NCBI GenBank assembly: GCA_041690135.1
Contig: JAWLHY010000002.1
Location: 464,332 to 528,331, forward strand
Length of the DNA stretch: 64,000 nucleotides
Origin: Armatimonadota bacterium
GTDB taxonomy: Bacteria > Armatimonadota > SYMT01
Direction: 5' to 3'
The notes under the pieces were generated by a model. That model worked only from the letters and a program-made list of their open reading frames with translations, did no database searches and had not been told where the DNA came from. The translations under genes and the position numbers were made by a program. Every line of letters begins with the position of its first letter. The first letter of the stretch is position 1. Shown here one piece after another: positions 18,901-27,747 of the stretch.

Positions 18901-19543
18901 GCTGCTGGCGCGGGGTCCCCGCTTCCGGTTACCAGCGGAGATGGTGCGGGACCAGGCGCTGACGGCGAGCGGGCTGCTGGTGGAGAAGGTGGGAGGCCCC
19001 TCCGTGAAGCCCTACCAGCCGCCGGGGATCTGGAAAGACCTGGCGGGCGGCGAGGACTACCAGCCCGGAACCGGGGACGATCTCTATCGCCGCAGCCTCT
19101 ACACCTTCTGGAAGCGGACCGCGCCGCCTCCCGCGCTCACGGCGTTCGACGCGGCGGGACGGGAAACATGCGTGGTGCGGGAGTCCCGCACCAACACCCC
19201 GCTCCAGGCGCTCAACTTGATGAACGACGTGACCTATGTGGAAGCGGCGCGCGCCCTGGCCCAGCAGGTGTTGCGGGAGGGTCCCGCCACCGCGGAAGAG
19301 CGGTTGAGCCGGGTCTTTCGCCGCGTCCTGGTGCGCCGGCCGCGCCCGGATGAGCGCCGGGTCCTCCGGGAGGCGTTCGAGGCGCAGTTAAGCAGGTTCC
19401 GCAGCGATCGGAAGGCCGCGGCCGCCCTGGTCGCCGTGGGAGAGTCCCGGGCCGACCCGCGCCTCGATCCGGCCGAGCTGGCTGCCTACACCACCGTTGC
19501 GAGCCTGGTGTTCAACCTGGACGAAGCGGTCACCAAGGAATGA
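15986..19543 (+). CDS. PSCyt1/DUF1549/LamG/DUF1553 protein; carries an in-frame insertion at ~18473-18796
   Basis: '[20 protein letters not shown]', '[10 protein letters not shown]', '[12 protein letters not shown]', LamG-like '[10 protein letters not shown]...GQIDEV', 'NTPLQAL'. The ORF-track start at 15152 overlaps the amidohydrolase, so ATG 15986 is preferred. Confidence 0.92.
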   Translation: MAEREGTTWRTAAAAGVILVLPASLALVSGARAAAPAVSPSASPSQPRTAPVAPVDFNRDVRPLLSENCFTCHGPDANQRQGNLRLDLREGALADLGGRRAVVPGQPARSELLRRLLTHDADLRMPPAATGKRLTTAQVETLRRWIAQGAKWQQHWSLIPPVRPPLPAVKQKSWPRNALDTFVLARLEREGLKPSPEADRATLIRRVSLDLTGIPPTPREVDAFLADRSPDAYEKVVGRLLASPRFGERMAARWLDAARYADTNGYQSDGERHMWRWRDWVIDAYNQDMPYDRFTVEQIAGDLLPNATLEQKIASGFNRNHRGNGEGGIIPEEYLVEYAVDRVETTSTVFLGLTMGCARCHDHKYDPLTQRDFYRFYAYFNNIPERGRANKFGNSPPMIPAPTREQQAGLTRLEQRLARAEQQFQELSSQRTAQQQAWERTLAGAEILDWSPTDELECRFGLDGDARPEGIPPQRGPLQPRFVDGEAVFGPGRVGRAPQFDGRRFVEAGNLGDFGFYDRFTLAAWFRADDAQGGTILSRMTDTARADGYSVVLKDGRIQVNLVKRWLDDALRLETETAVRPGEWHHVAVTYDGTRVGTGVKVYLDGVPVKTRLLLDELNQSFNNQEPLRIGAGGGPNGRFRGQIDEVHVYRRVLDPEEAAMLAVPETVTAITTVPARMRNPSQVAKIANCYLERYAPEPLRKNREEVIRLRKERARMIDSFPTVMVMEEKPVPAETFVLIRGQYDRPGEKVTRGVPASLPPLPGAGRNDRLALARWLVSPNHPLTARVAVNRTWQMLFGAGLVKTAEDFGSQGALPSHPELLDYLAVRFAGGAVEDKPATVTQAQGGKGAGRRGEGEAVAQNRYGLAARKDPGEKGGRGNRNLRTAAASDPRGSHYRVPTGRRNTQYTADSRSSFILHPSSFRTGPRSPAPNPGEGLGWSTKALLRLIVTSATYRQSSRVTPDLLERDPENRLLARGPRFRLPAEMVRDQALTASGLLVEKVGGPSVKPYQPPGIWKDLAGGEDYQPGTGDDLYRRSLYTFWKRTAPPPALTAFDAAGRETCVVRESRTNTPLQALNLMNDVTYVEAARALAQQVLREGPATAEERLSRVFRRVLVRRPRPDERRVLREAFEAQLSRFRSDRKAAAALVAVGESRADPRLDPAELAAYTTVASLVFNLDEAVTKE

Positions 19544-21039
19544 GGAACACGCCGATGGAGGGGGATCCGCGTGCGGAGCTTGCAAGGCTCTTGAGCCGCC
19601 GGCAGTTGTTCGGCCAGGCAGGGTCCGGTGTCGGCCTGGCCGCGCTCGCCGCCTTACTCCAGAACGAGGGTCGCACGGCGCCGGCGCAACCGAAGGTCCA
19701 AGCTCAGACTGCCGCTGCTCCACCTGGTATGACGGCAGCCACCCACCCGGCGCGGGCCAAGCGGGTCATCTACCTGTTCCAATCCGGCGCGCCCTCGCAG
19801 ATGGACCTCTTCGACTACAAGCCGAAGCTCCGGGACCTGCGCGGGACCGAGCTGCCGGACTCCGTGCGCCAGGGCCAGCGGCTGACAGGGATGACCTCGC
19901 GCCAGGAAAGCTTTCCGGTGGCCCCCAGCCGCTTCGCCTTCGCGCAGCACGGCAAGAGTGGCGCCTGGATCAGCGAGTTGATGCCGCACACGGCGCGGCT
20001 CGCGGACGAGCTGTGCTTCGTGAAGTCGATGCACACGGAGGCGATCAACCACGACCCGGCCGTCACCTTCTTCCAGACGGGAGCGCAACTGGCGGGGAGG
20101 CCCAGCATCGGCGCGTGGGTGGCGTACGGTCTCGGCAGCGAGAACCGCGACCTTCCCGCCTTCATCGTGCTGGTTTCGCAGGGCACCGGCAATCCCAACG
20201 ACCAACCCCTCTACGACCGCCTGTGGGGGAGCGGCTTCCTTCCCACGCGCTACCAGGGGGTGAAGCTGCGGGCCGGGAACGAGCCGGTCCTGTACCTGTC
20301 GAACCCCGCGGGGCTGTCCGGCGCTGCCCGGCGGCGCTTCCTCGATGACCTCGCCCGGCTCAACCAGCTCAAGCTCAAGGAAGCCGGCGACCCCGAGATC
20401 CAGACGCGGATCGCCCAGTACGAGCTGGCGTTCCGCATGCAGGCCTCCGTGCCGGAGCTCACCGACGTCTCCCAGGAGCCGGAGCGGGTGTTCGAACGGT
20501 ACGGACCGGAAGCCCGTAAGCCGGGCACCTTCGCCCGGAACTGCCTGCTGGCCCGGCGGCTGGCCGAACGCGGCGTGCGGTTCATCGAGCTCTTCCATCG
20601 CGGCTGGGACCAGCACACCTCCCTGCCGAAGCAGATCGCCGGCCAGTGCCGCGACACGGACCAACCCTCGGCCGCCCTCCTCCTGGACCTCAAAGAGCGC
20701 GGGCTCCTCGACGACACGCTGGTCGTGTGGGGAGGCGAGTTCGGCCGCACGGTCTACTGCCAGGGCACGCTCACCGCGACCGACTACGGCCGGGACCATC
20801 ACCCCCGCTGCTTCACCGTCTGGCTGGCGGGTGGAGGCGTGAAGCCGGGCATCTCCTACGGCGAGACCGACGACTTCTCCTACAACATCGTGAAGGACCC
20901 GGTGCACGTCCACGACCTGCACGCCACGCTCCTCCACCTGCTGGGGGTGGAGCACACAAAGCTGACCTACCGCTTCCAGGGCCGCGACTTCCGCCTCACG
21001 GATGTCCACGGAGAACTTGTACGCCCCATCCTGGCATGA
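19540..21039 (+). CDS. DUF1501 family protein (Tat-like RR signal)
   Basis: 'SRRQLF', 'KRVIYLFQSGAPSQMDLFDYKP', 'GWDQH', 'GEFGRT', 'GRDHHP'. Confidence 0.95.
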   Translation: MRNTPMEGDPRAELARLLSRRQLFGQAGSGVGLAALAALLQNEGRTAPAQPKVQAQTAAAPPGMTAATHPARAKRVIYLFQSGAPSQMDLFDYKPKLRDLRGTELPDSVRQGQRLTGMTSRQESFPVAPSRFAFAQHGKSGAWISELMPHTARLADELCFVKSMHTEAINHDPAVTFFQTGAQLAGRPSIGAWVAYGLGSENRDLPAFIVLVSQGTGNPNDQPLYDRLWGSGFLPTRYQGVKLRAGNEPVLYLSNPAGLSGAARRRFLDDLARLNQLKLKEAGDPEIQTRIAQYELAFRMQASVPELTDVSQEPERVFERYGPEARKPGTFARNCLLARRLAERGVRFIELFHRGWDQHTSLPKQIAGQCRDTDQPSAALLLDLKERGLLDDTLVVWGGEFGRTVYCQGTLTATDYGRDHHPRCFTVWLAGGGVKPGISYGETDDFSYNIVKDPVHVHDLHATLLHLLGVEHTKLTYRFQGRDFRLTDVHGELVRPILA

Positions 21040-21118
21040 GGCGGATCTGTCGGGAGAGGGGTGTGCGCTATGCAAGTCCACCCTTCAGCGTAAGGCCCGC
21101 AGATCAGTCGTTCACTCT

Positions 21119-21594
21119 CCTGAACGTTCACCCCCACCGGAGGGCCTACATACCCAATGCCCGCATGTTTACCCCCACAGGGGGGCCGAACGCCTGCATG
21201 CCAAAGGCCTGACTACCTGAACACCTAACTGATGTTATTGGTAAATTCGATCGCGGGCAGTTGGACTGCCCGCGAAATTCTTCGTCCGCAGTTGCACTGC
21301 GGAAGCCTGTGGTCTCGCTGTCGTCGCGGCTTACCCGCATCGCCAATGCCGGCACCGGGTCGGGAGCGACGCAGTGCAACTGCGCACGAAGTGTTCCGGC
21401 TGCAGTGCAACTGCAGCCGATCCTGGTGACGATCATGTTCAGGAGCTGGTTGCCTGAATGCCTGAACACCCAACGTTTACCCCCCATAGGGGGGCCTGGA
21501 CGCTTAGCCCCACAGGGAGCCCAACGTTTACCACCCGAGGGGTGGCCGAACACCTGAATACCGACCACCTGAACACCGAACACCTGAACACCTA
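21119..21594. repeat. 8-mer (CCTGAACA-like) degenerate array containing five GTTTA-hairpins and a central inverted-repeat element
   Basis: cctgaaca/ccgaaca/cctgaatg units at 21119-21228 and 21451-21594; hairpins at 21125, 21166, 21474, 21501 and 21525. Confidence 0.85.
21249..21422. mobile_element. MITE/REPIN-like element with 53-bp imperfect terminal inverted repeats, each holding two GCAGTTGCACTGC hairpins
   Basis: 21249-21301 aligns without gaps to the reverse complement of 21370-21422. Confidence 0.7.
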
Positions 21595-22950
21595 ATCCTT
21601 CCCCTTGAGACTCGCTATCGGGGTCAGCTCGTAGGCTACCCGGGCGAGCCCGGCCGCCACGACGGAATCGATCACCTGCGAGGAGTCCTTGTAGCAGCCC
21701 GGCGACTCGTCTATCGGCACGTCGCCGCCGGCGTTCACCAACACGTTCAACTCGCGCATCTGCTTGTTCACGCCGTGCTGGCTGAAGTTGTCCTTCGCAG
21801 CCTTGCGGGAAAGGCGCCGGCCGCAGCCGTGGTTCACGCTGAACAGGCTCTGCTCCGCACCCGGCAGGGCGTACAGGATGTAGGAAGTGGTTCCCATGCT
21901 GCCGGGGATCAGGATCGGGTGGCCGGTCTCCTCCCAGCGGGTTCCCTGGAGCAGGGAGTGCCCCGGCGGGAGCGCGCGGGTAGCACCCTTCCGGTGGACC
22001 CAGCGGCACGAACCGTCCGGCTGCGGCTCCTCTTGCGCCAGGTTGTGGGAGATCTCGTACAGCAGCTCCGGCTCCTGCCCGAACACCCGGCGGAAAGCGC
22101 GCGAGACCTCCTCCATGATGATTAGGCGGTTGGCGATGGCGAAGTTCGCCCCTGCCGCCACGGCGTTCCGGTAGCCTTTCCAGTGCGGGTCGTCCGGCTC
22201 GAAGAACACGGCCTCCGCGGAGATCTTCTTCTCTCCCGTCTGGCGCTTCTTCGACATCAGGCGACGCCGGCCGATCTCGATAAAGTGGGAGGCCAGCCCG
22301 TGCCCAAAGCCCCGGCTGCCGGTGTGGATCATCACCACCAGCTTGCCGTGCTGGTCGTACTGCAGCTCGATGAAGTGGTTTCCGCCGCCCAGGCTACCCA
22401 ATTGACCGATGCCCCGGTTCTTCGGGTGATAGGGGATCTCCCAGTCATCGTCCACGGGCAGGTAGTCCCGCTCACTGTTGTTGCGGGAGTAGCCCATGGC
22501 CACCGCGCCTTCGCGGACGATCTCCTCGAACCGGTCCTCGGTCACGCGGTACCCGCTGCCTTTACCCGTGCCCATCCCTACCCGCGACATCACCTCTTCG
22601 GAAAACTTCCGGCGTAGGCGATCGTCGAGGCCCTTTTCCACCGGCACGTCCGAGAGCAGGGCGGCCATTCCGCACCCGATGTCGTAGCCCACGGGAGCCT
22701 GGCACAGAGTCCCCTCCGTGGCCATCACGCAGCCGACGGGCACCACGTAACCCGTATGCGCGTCCGGCGTGAGCACCACGTCCGTTACGCCCGGGAACTC
22801 CGTCGCGGTCTTCGCCTGCTGGAAGACCGCCTCCTCGCACTCCTCGAACAGCGTCGGGTTCATGAAGATCTTGACGGGGACCTTTACCCCCTGCTGGAGC
22901 AGGTAGTAACCCTCGCCCTTGATCCGCTTGCATTCCTTCTTCAAACTCAT
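21592..22950 (-). CDS. rtcB: RtcB family RNA ligase
   Basis: 'PDAHTGYVVPVG', 'VGYDIGCG', 'GSLGGGNHFIE', 'IHTGSRGFG', 'SHN', 'VHRKGATRA', 'IPGSMG', 'NHGCGR', 'DESPGCYKD', terminal 'KG'. Confidence 0.96.
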   Translation of the reverse strand: MSLKKECKRIKGEGYYLLQQGVKVPVKIFMNPTLFEECEEAVFQQAKTATEFPGVTDVVLTPDAHTGYVVPVGCVMATEGTLCQAPVGYDIGCGMAALLSDVPVEKGLDDRLRRKFSEEVMSRVGMGTGKGSGYRVTEDRFEEIVREGAVAMGYSRNNSERDYLPVDDDWEIPYHPKNRGIGQLGSLGGGNHFIELQYDQHGKLVVMIHTGSRGFGHGLASHFIEIGRRRLMSKKRQTGEKKISAEAVFFEPDDPHWKGYRNAVAAGANFAIANRLIIMEEVSRAFRRVFGQEPELLYEISHNLAQEEPQPDGSCRWVHRKGATRALPPGHSLLQGTRWEETGHPILIPGSMGTTSYILYALPGAEQSLFSVNHGCGRRLSRKAAKDNFSQHGVNKQMRELNVLVNAGGDVPIDESPGCYKDSSQVIDSVVAAGLARVAYELTPIASLKGKD

Positions 22951-23394
22951 CGCTTGGTTTCCGCCCAGGTCCCATCCAGCGGCCCCGCTCGTACCGCCGA
23001 CCGCCCCGTCCGCACACTATTCCGTTCCCCGCTCCCCCTTCTGCTAAATCGCTTCGCCCGAATCTGGACGGGTGGGGGCAAGTGCGCGAGAGGGATTCGG
23101 ACCTTTCGGGGTTGGGCGCGGGAAGTGGGGCCTCACGGTCATCCACCGGAAGGGGAACTCCGGCACCCATGGCCGGCGGGGGGTGCCGGACGGGGGTGGT
23201 GTGCGCCGCCGGAGCAAATCCGGCGTAGGGAGAAGACGCCATGTGCGCGTGGAACGAGGCGCCTGAACGGATAGCGGAGCGATTGCGTGCGCGGAGATCA
23301 GGGAGATGCTGGCGCGGCCGCTCGCCGCAGAGGCGCCCGCTTGCCTTCCGAAAGAGCGTCACGGGAAAACAACTCGCCGCGAACGCAACTCAGG

Positions 23395-23423
23395 TTGACG
23401 CGCCCTATCTGCCGACCTATACT
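23395..23423 (+). promoter_or_regulatory. Sigma70-type promoter of guaB
   Basis: TTGACG-N17-TATACT, 50 bp upstream of the ATG; GGAGG RBS. Confidence 0.65.
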
Positions 23424-23472
23424 TCCTCAAATATCACGTAGCACCTGAGACGAGTGGTGCAGGAGGGCCCGC

Positions 23473-24993
23473 ATGAATACGCTGGTTGAAACCCAGCTCG
23501 ACGGCCTCGACGCCGAATCGTTGTTTGACGCCGGTGTCGGCCTCACCTTTGACGACCTGATCATCCTGCCCGGTTATATCGACTTCCCCTATACGGATGT
23601 GCGCCTGGATACGCACCTCACGCGCAACATCCGCATCAAGCGCCCCCTCGTCAGTTCGCCGATGGACACGGTCACCGAGACCTCCATGGCGATCACCCTT
23701 GCCCTCCTGGGCGGCATCGGCATTCTCCACTACAACAACACCGTCGAGCAGCAGGTGGAGATGGTCCGGAAAGTCAAGCGGTACGAAAACGGCTTCATCA
23801 CCGACCCGGTAGCCTTGTCGCCGCAGCACCGCATTCGCCACGTGGATGAGATCAAGCAGCAGCACGGCTTCTCCGGGATTCCGATCACCGAAGACGGCAC
23901 GCTGCAGAGCCGCCTGGTTGGGATCGTCACTAACCGCGACATTGACTTCGAGAAGGACCGCGAACGGCCCCTGAGTGAGGTGATGTCGACCGACCTGGTC
24001 ACCGCGCCGAAGGGGATCACCCTCAGCCAGGCCAACCACATCCTCCGCTCCAAGAAGATCGGGAAGCTACCCGTGGTGGACGATGAAGGCCGCCTGGTCG
24101 CCCTGGTGGCCCGGCGAGACCTGCTGAAGAACCTGAACTTCCCCGATTCCTCGAAAGACCAGCACAAGCAGCTCCTCTGCGGCGCCGCCGTCTCCACTCG
24201 CGACGAGGACCGGGAACGCGTGGACGCCCTGGTCGAAGCCGGCGTGAACGTGCTGGTGGTCGATGCGGCCCAGGGCCACTCCATCTACCAGCAGCGGATG
24301 CTCGGCTACATCAAGGGCCACTTCCCCCACGTGGATGTGATCGCGGGCAACGTGGTCACCCAGCAGCAAGCCGAAACGCTCATCCACAGCGGCGCCGACG
24401 CCCTCCGCATCGGCATGGGGCCGGGCTCCATCTGTATCACCCAGAACATGATGGCGTGCGGGCGCTCCCAGGCGACCGCCGTCTACAAGACGGCCGCGTT
24501 CGCCCGCCGCTACGGGATTCCGGTAATCGCGGACGGGGGCATCAACGGGATCGGCCCGATGGCCAAGGCGATCGCTCTCGGCGCTAATGCGGTGATGGTC
24601 GGCAACCTGCTGGCGGGTACCGCCGAGGCCCCCGGCGAGTACTTCTACGAGAACGGCGTGCGGGTGAAGCGCTACCGCGGCATGGCCAGCCTCGAAGCGA
24701 TGGCAGCGGGCGGCGCCAAGCGGTACCTCACGGAGCGGACCGACCGCGTGAAAGTCCCGCAGGGGGTCTCCGGCACCGTGGTCGACAAGGGCTCCCTGGT
24801 CGATTACGTGCCTTACCTCATGAAGGGGCTCCAGCAGGCGCTCCAGGACATGGGCTTCCGGGACGTCCCCTCGCTGCACCACGCCCTGTGGGACGGCCGT
24901 CTCCGCCTGGAACGGCGCACCCCCAGTGCCACCGCCGAGGGAAGCGTCCACAGCCTGGTCAGCTACGAGACTCCCCGCTTCGGCATTCGCTAA
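23473..24993 (+). CDS. guaB: IMP dehydrogenase with CBS pair (eukaryote-like sequence type)
   Basis: 'SSPMDTVTE', catalytic loop '[11 protein letters not shown]', 'IADGGI', 'YRGMAS', 'QGVSG'. Confidence 0.97.
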   Translation: MNTLVETQLDGLDAESLFDAGVGLTFDDLIILPGYIDFPYTDVRLDTHLTRNIRIKRPLVSSPMDTVTETSMAITLALLGGIGILHYNNTVEQQVEMVRKVKRYENGFITDPVALSPQHRIRHVDEIKQQHGFSGIPITEDGTLQSRLVGIVTNRDIDFEKDRERPLSEVMSTDLVTAPKGITLSQANHILRSKKIGKLPVVDDEGRLVALVARRDLLKNLNFPDSSKDQHKQLLCGAAVSTRDEDRERVDALVEAGVNVLVVDAAQGHSIYQQRMLGYIKGHFPHVDVIAGNVVTQQQAETLIHSGADALRIGMGPGSICITQNMMACGRSQATAVYKTAAFARRYGIPVIADGGINGIGPMAKAIALGANAVMVGNLLAGTAEAPGEYFYENGVRVKRYRGMASLEAMAAGGAKRYLTERTDRVKVPQGVSGTVVDKGSLVDYVPYLMKGLQQALQDMGFRDVPSLHHALWDGRLRLERRTPSATAEGSVHSLVSYETPRFGIR

Positions 24994-25171
24994 CGGGGTG
25001 CCCAACAGCACCCGAACGGGCCTCACCACAGAGACACGGAGACACGGAGTAGACCACGGAGAGGGAACGGGGAAAGGAAGGCAGGAAGGCCTCGCTACCC
25101 TGGGAATGATTGGCCACGGCCCACGCCTGAGGTGCCATTCGGCAAAACCTTCGGAGCCTGGCAGTTCAGGG

Positions 25172-25214
25172 GAAGACCGGACCTGGCGCTTGTGTGCGTC
25201 GGGTCCGGTTTTTC
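25172..25214 (+). terminator. Intrinsic terminator downstream of guaB
   Basis: accggacctggcgc...gcgtcgggtccggt followed by a T-run. Confidence 0.55.
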
Positions 25215-25511
25215 AATGCAGGTCGCACCCGCCCCTCTTGATCGTGCTTGGTTACCGGGTGCCGAGAGTGCGACGCCTACACTCCCTTCAAGTGCATCAA
25301 CTTACCCCGATATGATCTCGGCGCCGCAGTTTGGGGTACAACAAGCACCCCGTGTTGAAGATGGATCGTCTTGGCGTCGGTGCTTCTGACGGTGATGCTC
25401 CTTACGCAAGGAGTCCCCCGTTTGGGGCCGGGGCATGCGCGTTAACTTTGTGGCTCTACAACCGCAGATGCGTCGAACTCGATCTATATCTACTACCTCG
25501 GTTTGAGCGTC

Positions 25512-25558
25512 GGCTCCCCCTCTCTGCGTCGGAGAGGGGGCTGGGGGGTGAGGTTACT
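25512..25558. repeat. Palindromic dispersed repeat, copy 2 (matches 14924-14969)
   Basis: ggctccccctctctgcgtcggagagggggctggggggtgaggttact. Confidence 0.85.
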
Positions 25559-25774
25559 CTGTGCACCGGACCCGCCAAGGTTTACGCACATGCCGTCCAC
25601 CCTCCCGCTATCCACCTCATCCCTGCCTCACAGATGTAGGTCGTGATCCCCACTCTCCTAATCCCAATCCTAATCCGCGAAGCCCGGGAGTGAAATACGT
25701 CACAGGAGATTGCCCGGCCGCGCGCGTTAACTGATAATCACCGTAAGTTGCAACCCTGGGAAACGAGACCGGCC

Positions 25775-27673
25775 GTGGAACCATCACCCTCTTCGACACC
25801 CGCCCGGCGACGCCTGGCCGCCATCGCCTTCATGGACGTGGTCGACTACACGAAGCGGGTCAGCCGCGACGAGCTAGAGGGACTGGAGCGCCGCCGCCAG
25901 GTCGAGGACCTGGTGCGGTCCGCCGTGGCGGAGTATGACGGGCGCGTCGTCAAGACCCTGGGCGACGGCTTCATGCTGGAGTTCGCCAGCGCCGTGCAGG
26001 GGGTCCGCTGTGCGCTGGAGATCCAGGAGCGCGTCCGCGAGGTGAACCGGCAGTTGCCGGACCCGGCGGGGCTGCGGATGCGGATCGGGGTCCACGCTGG
26101 GGACGTGGTGGAGGACCGGGGCGACCTGTACGGTCACGCAGTGAACATCGCCTCCCGCCTGGAGAAGATCGCCCAGCCCGGCGGCATCTGCATCAGCCGG
26201 GACGTGCATTCCCAGATCCGGGCGGCTCTTCCCATCGTTACCGTCCCCGTGGAGCCCGAGCGCCTCACCCGTCTCCCGGAGCCGCTGGAGGTGTTCGAAA
26301 TCGAGCCGGTGGAGGGGAAAGAGCTACCGGCTACGGAGGAGCTTGCCTCCCTCGCTTCCCCGGCCCCAGTCGCGAAGCAGAAGGGGCGAAGCGACCGTGG
26401 CTGGCTGCGCCTGGCCGCCGGCTCCACGTCGCTCCTGGCCGCCGGCACCGGGGCCGGGTTGGGCTTTCTCCTCTTACGCGAAGTGAACCCCCCGGTGGCC
26501 CTCTTCACCTGGCTCTTCGCGGCCGAAGCGGCAAAGTCGGGGGTGCGGCAGGTCCAGCAAGCCTTCTGGGAGCGTCCGCAGGCGGCGGGGACAGAGGAGG
26601 AGAACGCAGCCGCCGAGGACACGGCGCTGGGCTGGCGCCGCCTGCTGTCCGGCGTGGTGCTGCTCCTGGCGGGCGGCGTGGCTGCCAGCCTGGGCGGGTG
26701 GCTCTTTCAGGATCAACAGTCCTTCACGATGCTCTCCTGGTTGTTCGGAGCCGGCACGGCGGTTAAGGGCCTCACCCTGGTGCGTGCCGCGCCCACCGGA
26801 GAAGTCGAGGAGGACGAGGAGGACGAGGTCGCCGAGACGGAGGCGGTGTCCGGGGCGCTGCGGCTGGATGCGGAGCGGATCTCGCTGGCCGAGGCGCGGC
26901 GCGTGGGAGCCGAAACCCAACTGACGCTGCGGGAAGCGGCCTGGGTAGCGCTGATCGCCTTCGCAATTGCGGCGGCGCTGGGATTCGGGGGAACCGTGCC
27001 GCCCTGGACTGGCCTGCTCAATACCGTGCTCAAGCTGGTGAGCTGGGGCGGCGCCGGGCTAAGTGTCCTCATCGGTGGGTGGGCGCTTTACGATAGCGTC
27101 CAGAGCCACTTCCGTCTCGCGCCCCTGGACGCGGAGATCGTCGAGCAGTGCAAAGTTCTTGGAGAGACACCGGAGACCGTGTCCGAACCGCTCGACCGTG
27201 CCCTGGGCGCCTACGGCCGGATCCGCCGGATGCTGGGGGAGGGGGTCTGGAAGGCGGCGAAGATGCCGGCCCGGAAGAACCACCAGGATGCGCGCCGGCA
27301 GTTGCTCACCATGCTGGAGCGCGCCGAGCAATTGCAACTCGTCCGGAAGACCCTGGAACAACTGCGCGAGCGCCATGCCGGTAGTGCCGAATACCGCCGG
27401 GTGGAGGCCCAGTACGACCGCCAGTGCCAGCGCCTGGCCGCCGCCGCTCTCCTCTTCGAGGAGCTGGAAGCCCGCATCGCTCGTGCCTACCTGGCCGTGA
27501 CCACCCACCGCAGCCGTGCCGAAGCACCGGAGGCGGAGCCGCTGCGACAACTGCCGGTCGCCTTTGAAGCGCTTTCCGAGGTCCTCGAGACCCTGGACGA
27601 CCCGGCCCTCCCGGAGATCGACCTGCCCCGCGCGGAGGAGCCCCAGATCATCCAGGCCGGCCGCAGGGGCTGA
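25775..27673 (+). CDS. Class III adenylate/guanylate cyclase with C-terminal TM and coiled-coil region
   Basis: 'AIAFMDVVDYT', 'VKTLGDGFM', 'MRIGVHAGDV', 'DLYGHAVNIASRLE'; about 6 hydrophobic segments; start codon uncertain. Confidence 0.88.
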   Translation: MEPSPSSTPARRRLAAIAFMDVVDYTKRVSRDELEGLERRRQVEDLVRSAVAEYDGRVVKTLGDGFMLEFASAVQGVRCALEIQERVREVNRQLPDPAGLRMRIGVHAGDVVEDRGDLYGHAVNIASRLEKIAQPGGICISRDVHSQIRAALPIVTVPVEPERLTRLPEPLEVFEIEPVEGKELPATEELASLASPAPVAKQKGRSDRGWLRLAAGSTSLLAAGTGAGLGFLLLREVNPPVALFTWLFAAEAAKSGVRQVQQAFWERPQAAGTEEENAAAEDTALGWRRLLSGVVLLLAGGVAASLGGWLFQDQQSFTMLSWLFGAGTAVKGLTLVRAAPTGEVEEDEEDEVAETEAVSGALRLDAERISLAEARRVGAETQLTLREAAWVALIAFAIAAALGFGGTVPPWTGLLNTVLKLVSWGGAGLSVLIGGWALYDSVQSHFRLAPLDAEIVEQCKVLGETPETVSEPLDRALGAYGRIRRMLGEGVWKAAKMPARKNHQDARRQLLTMLERAEQLQLVRKTLEQLRERHAGSAEYRRVEAQYDRQCQRLAAAALLFEELEARIARAYLAVTTHRSRAEAPEAEPLRQLPVAFEALSEVLETLDDPALPEIDLPRAEEPQIIQAGRRG

Positions 27674-27747
27674 CGGCAGGTTGCTGAAGCCGTGACCGCT
27701 CGTCCTGGCGTATGATATAGCTCGGGGGAGAAAGTCAGGAGGCAACG

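Noticed and set aside
21119-21594. CRISPR array (hairpin repeats faintly resembling reversed type I-E repeats)
   Set aside because: The units are only ~22 nt and divergent, spacing is irregular (about 24-41 nt, then ~300 nt), the 'spacers' are themselves 8-mer repeats, and no cas genes are in the window.
22951-23472. Purine or other riboswitch upstream of guaB or rtcB
   Set aside because: No consensus aptamer was recognised, and the guaB promoter leaves only a ~45-nt leader.
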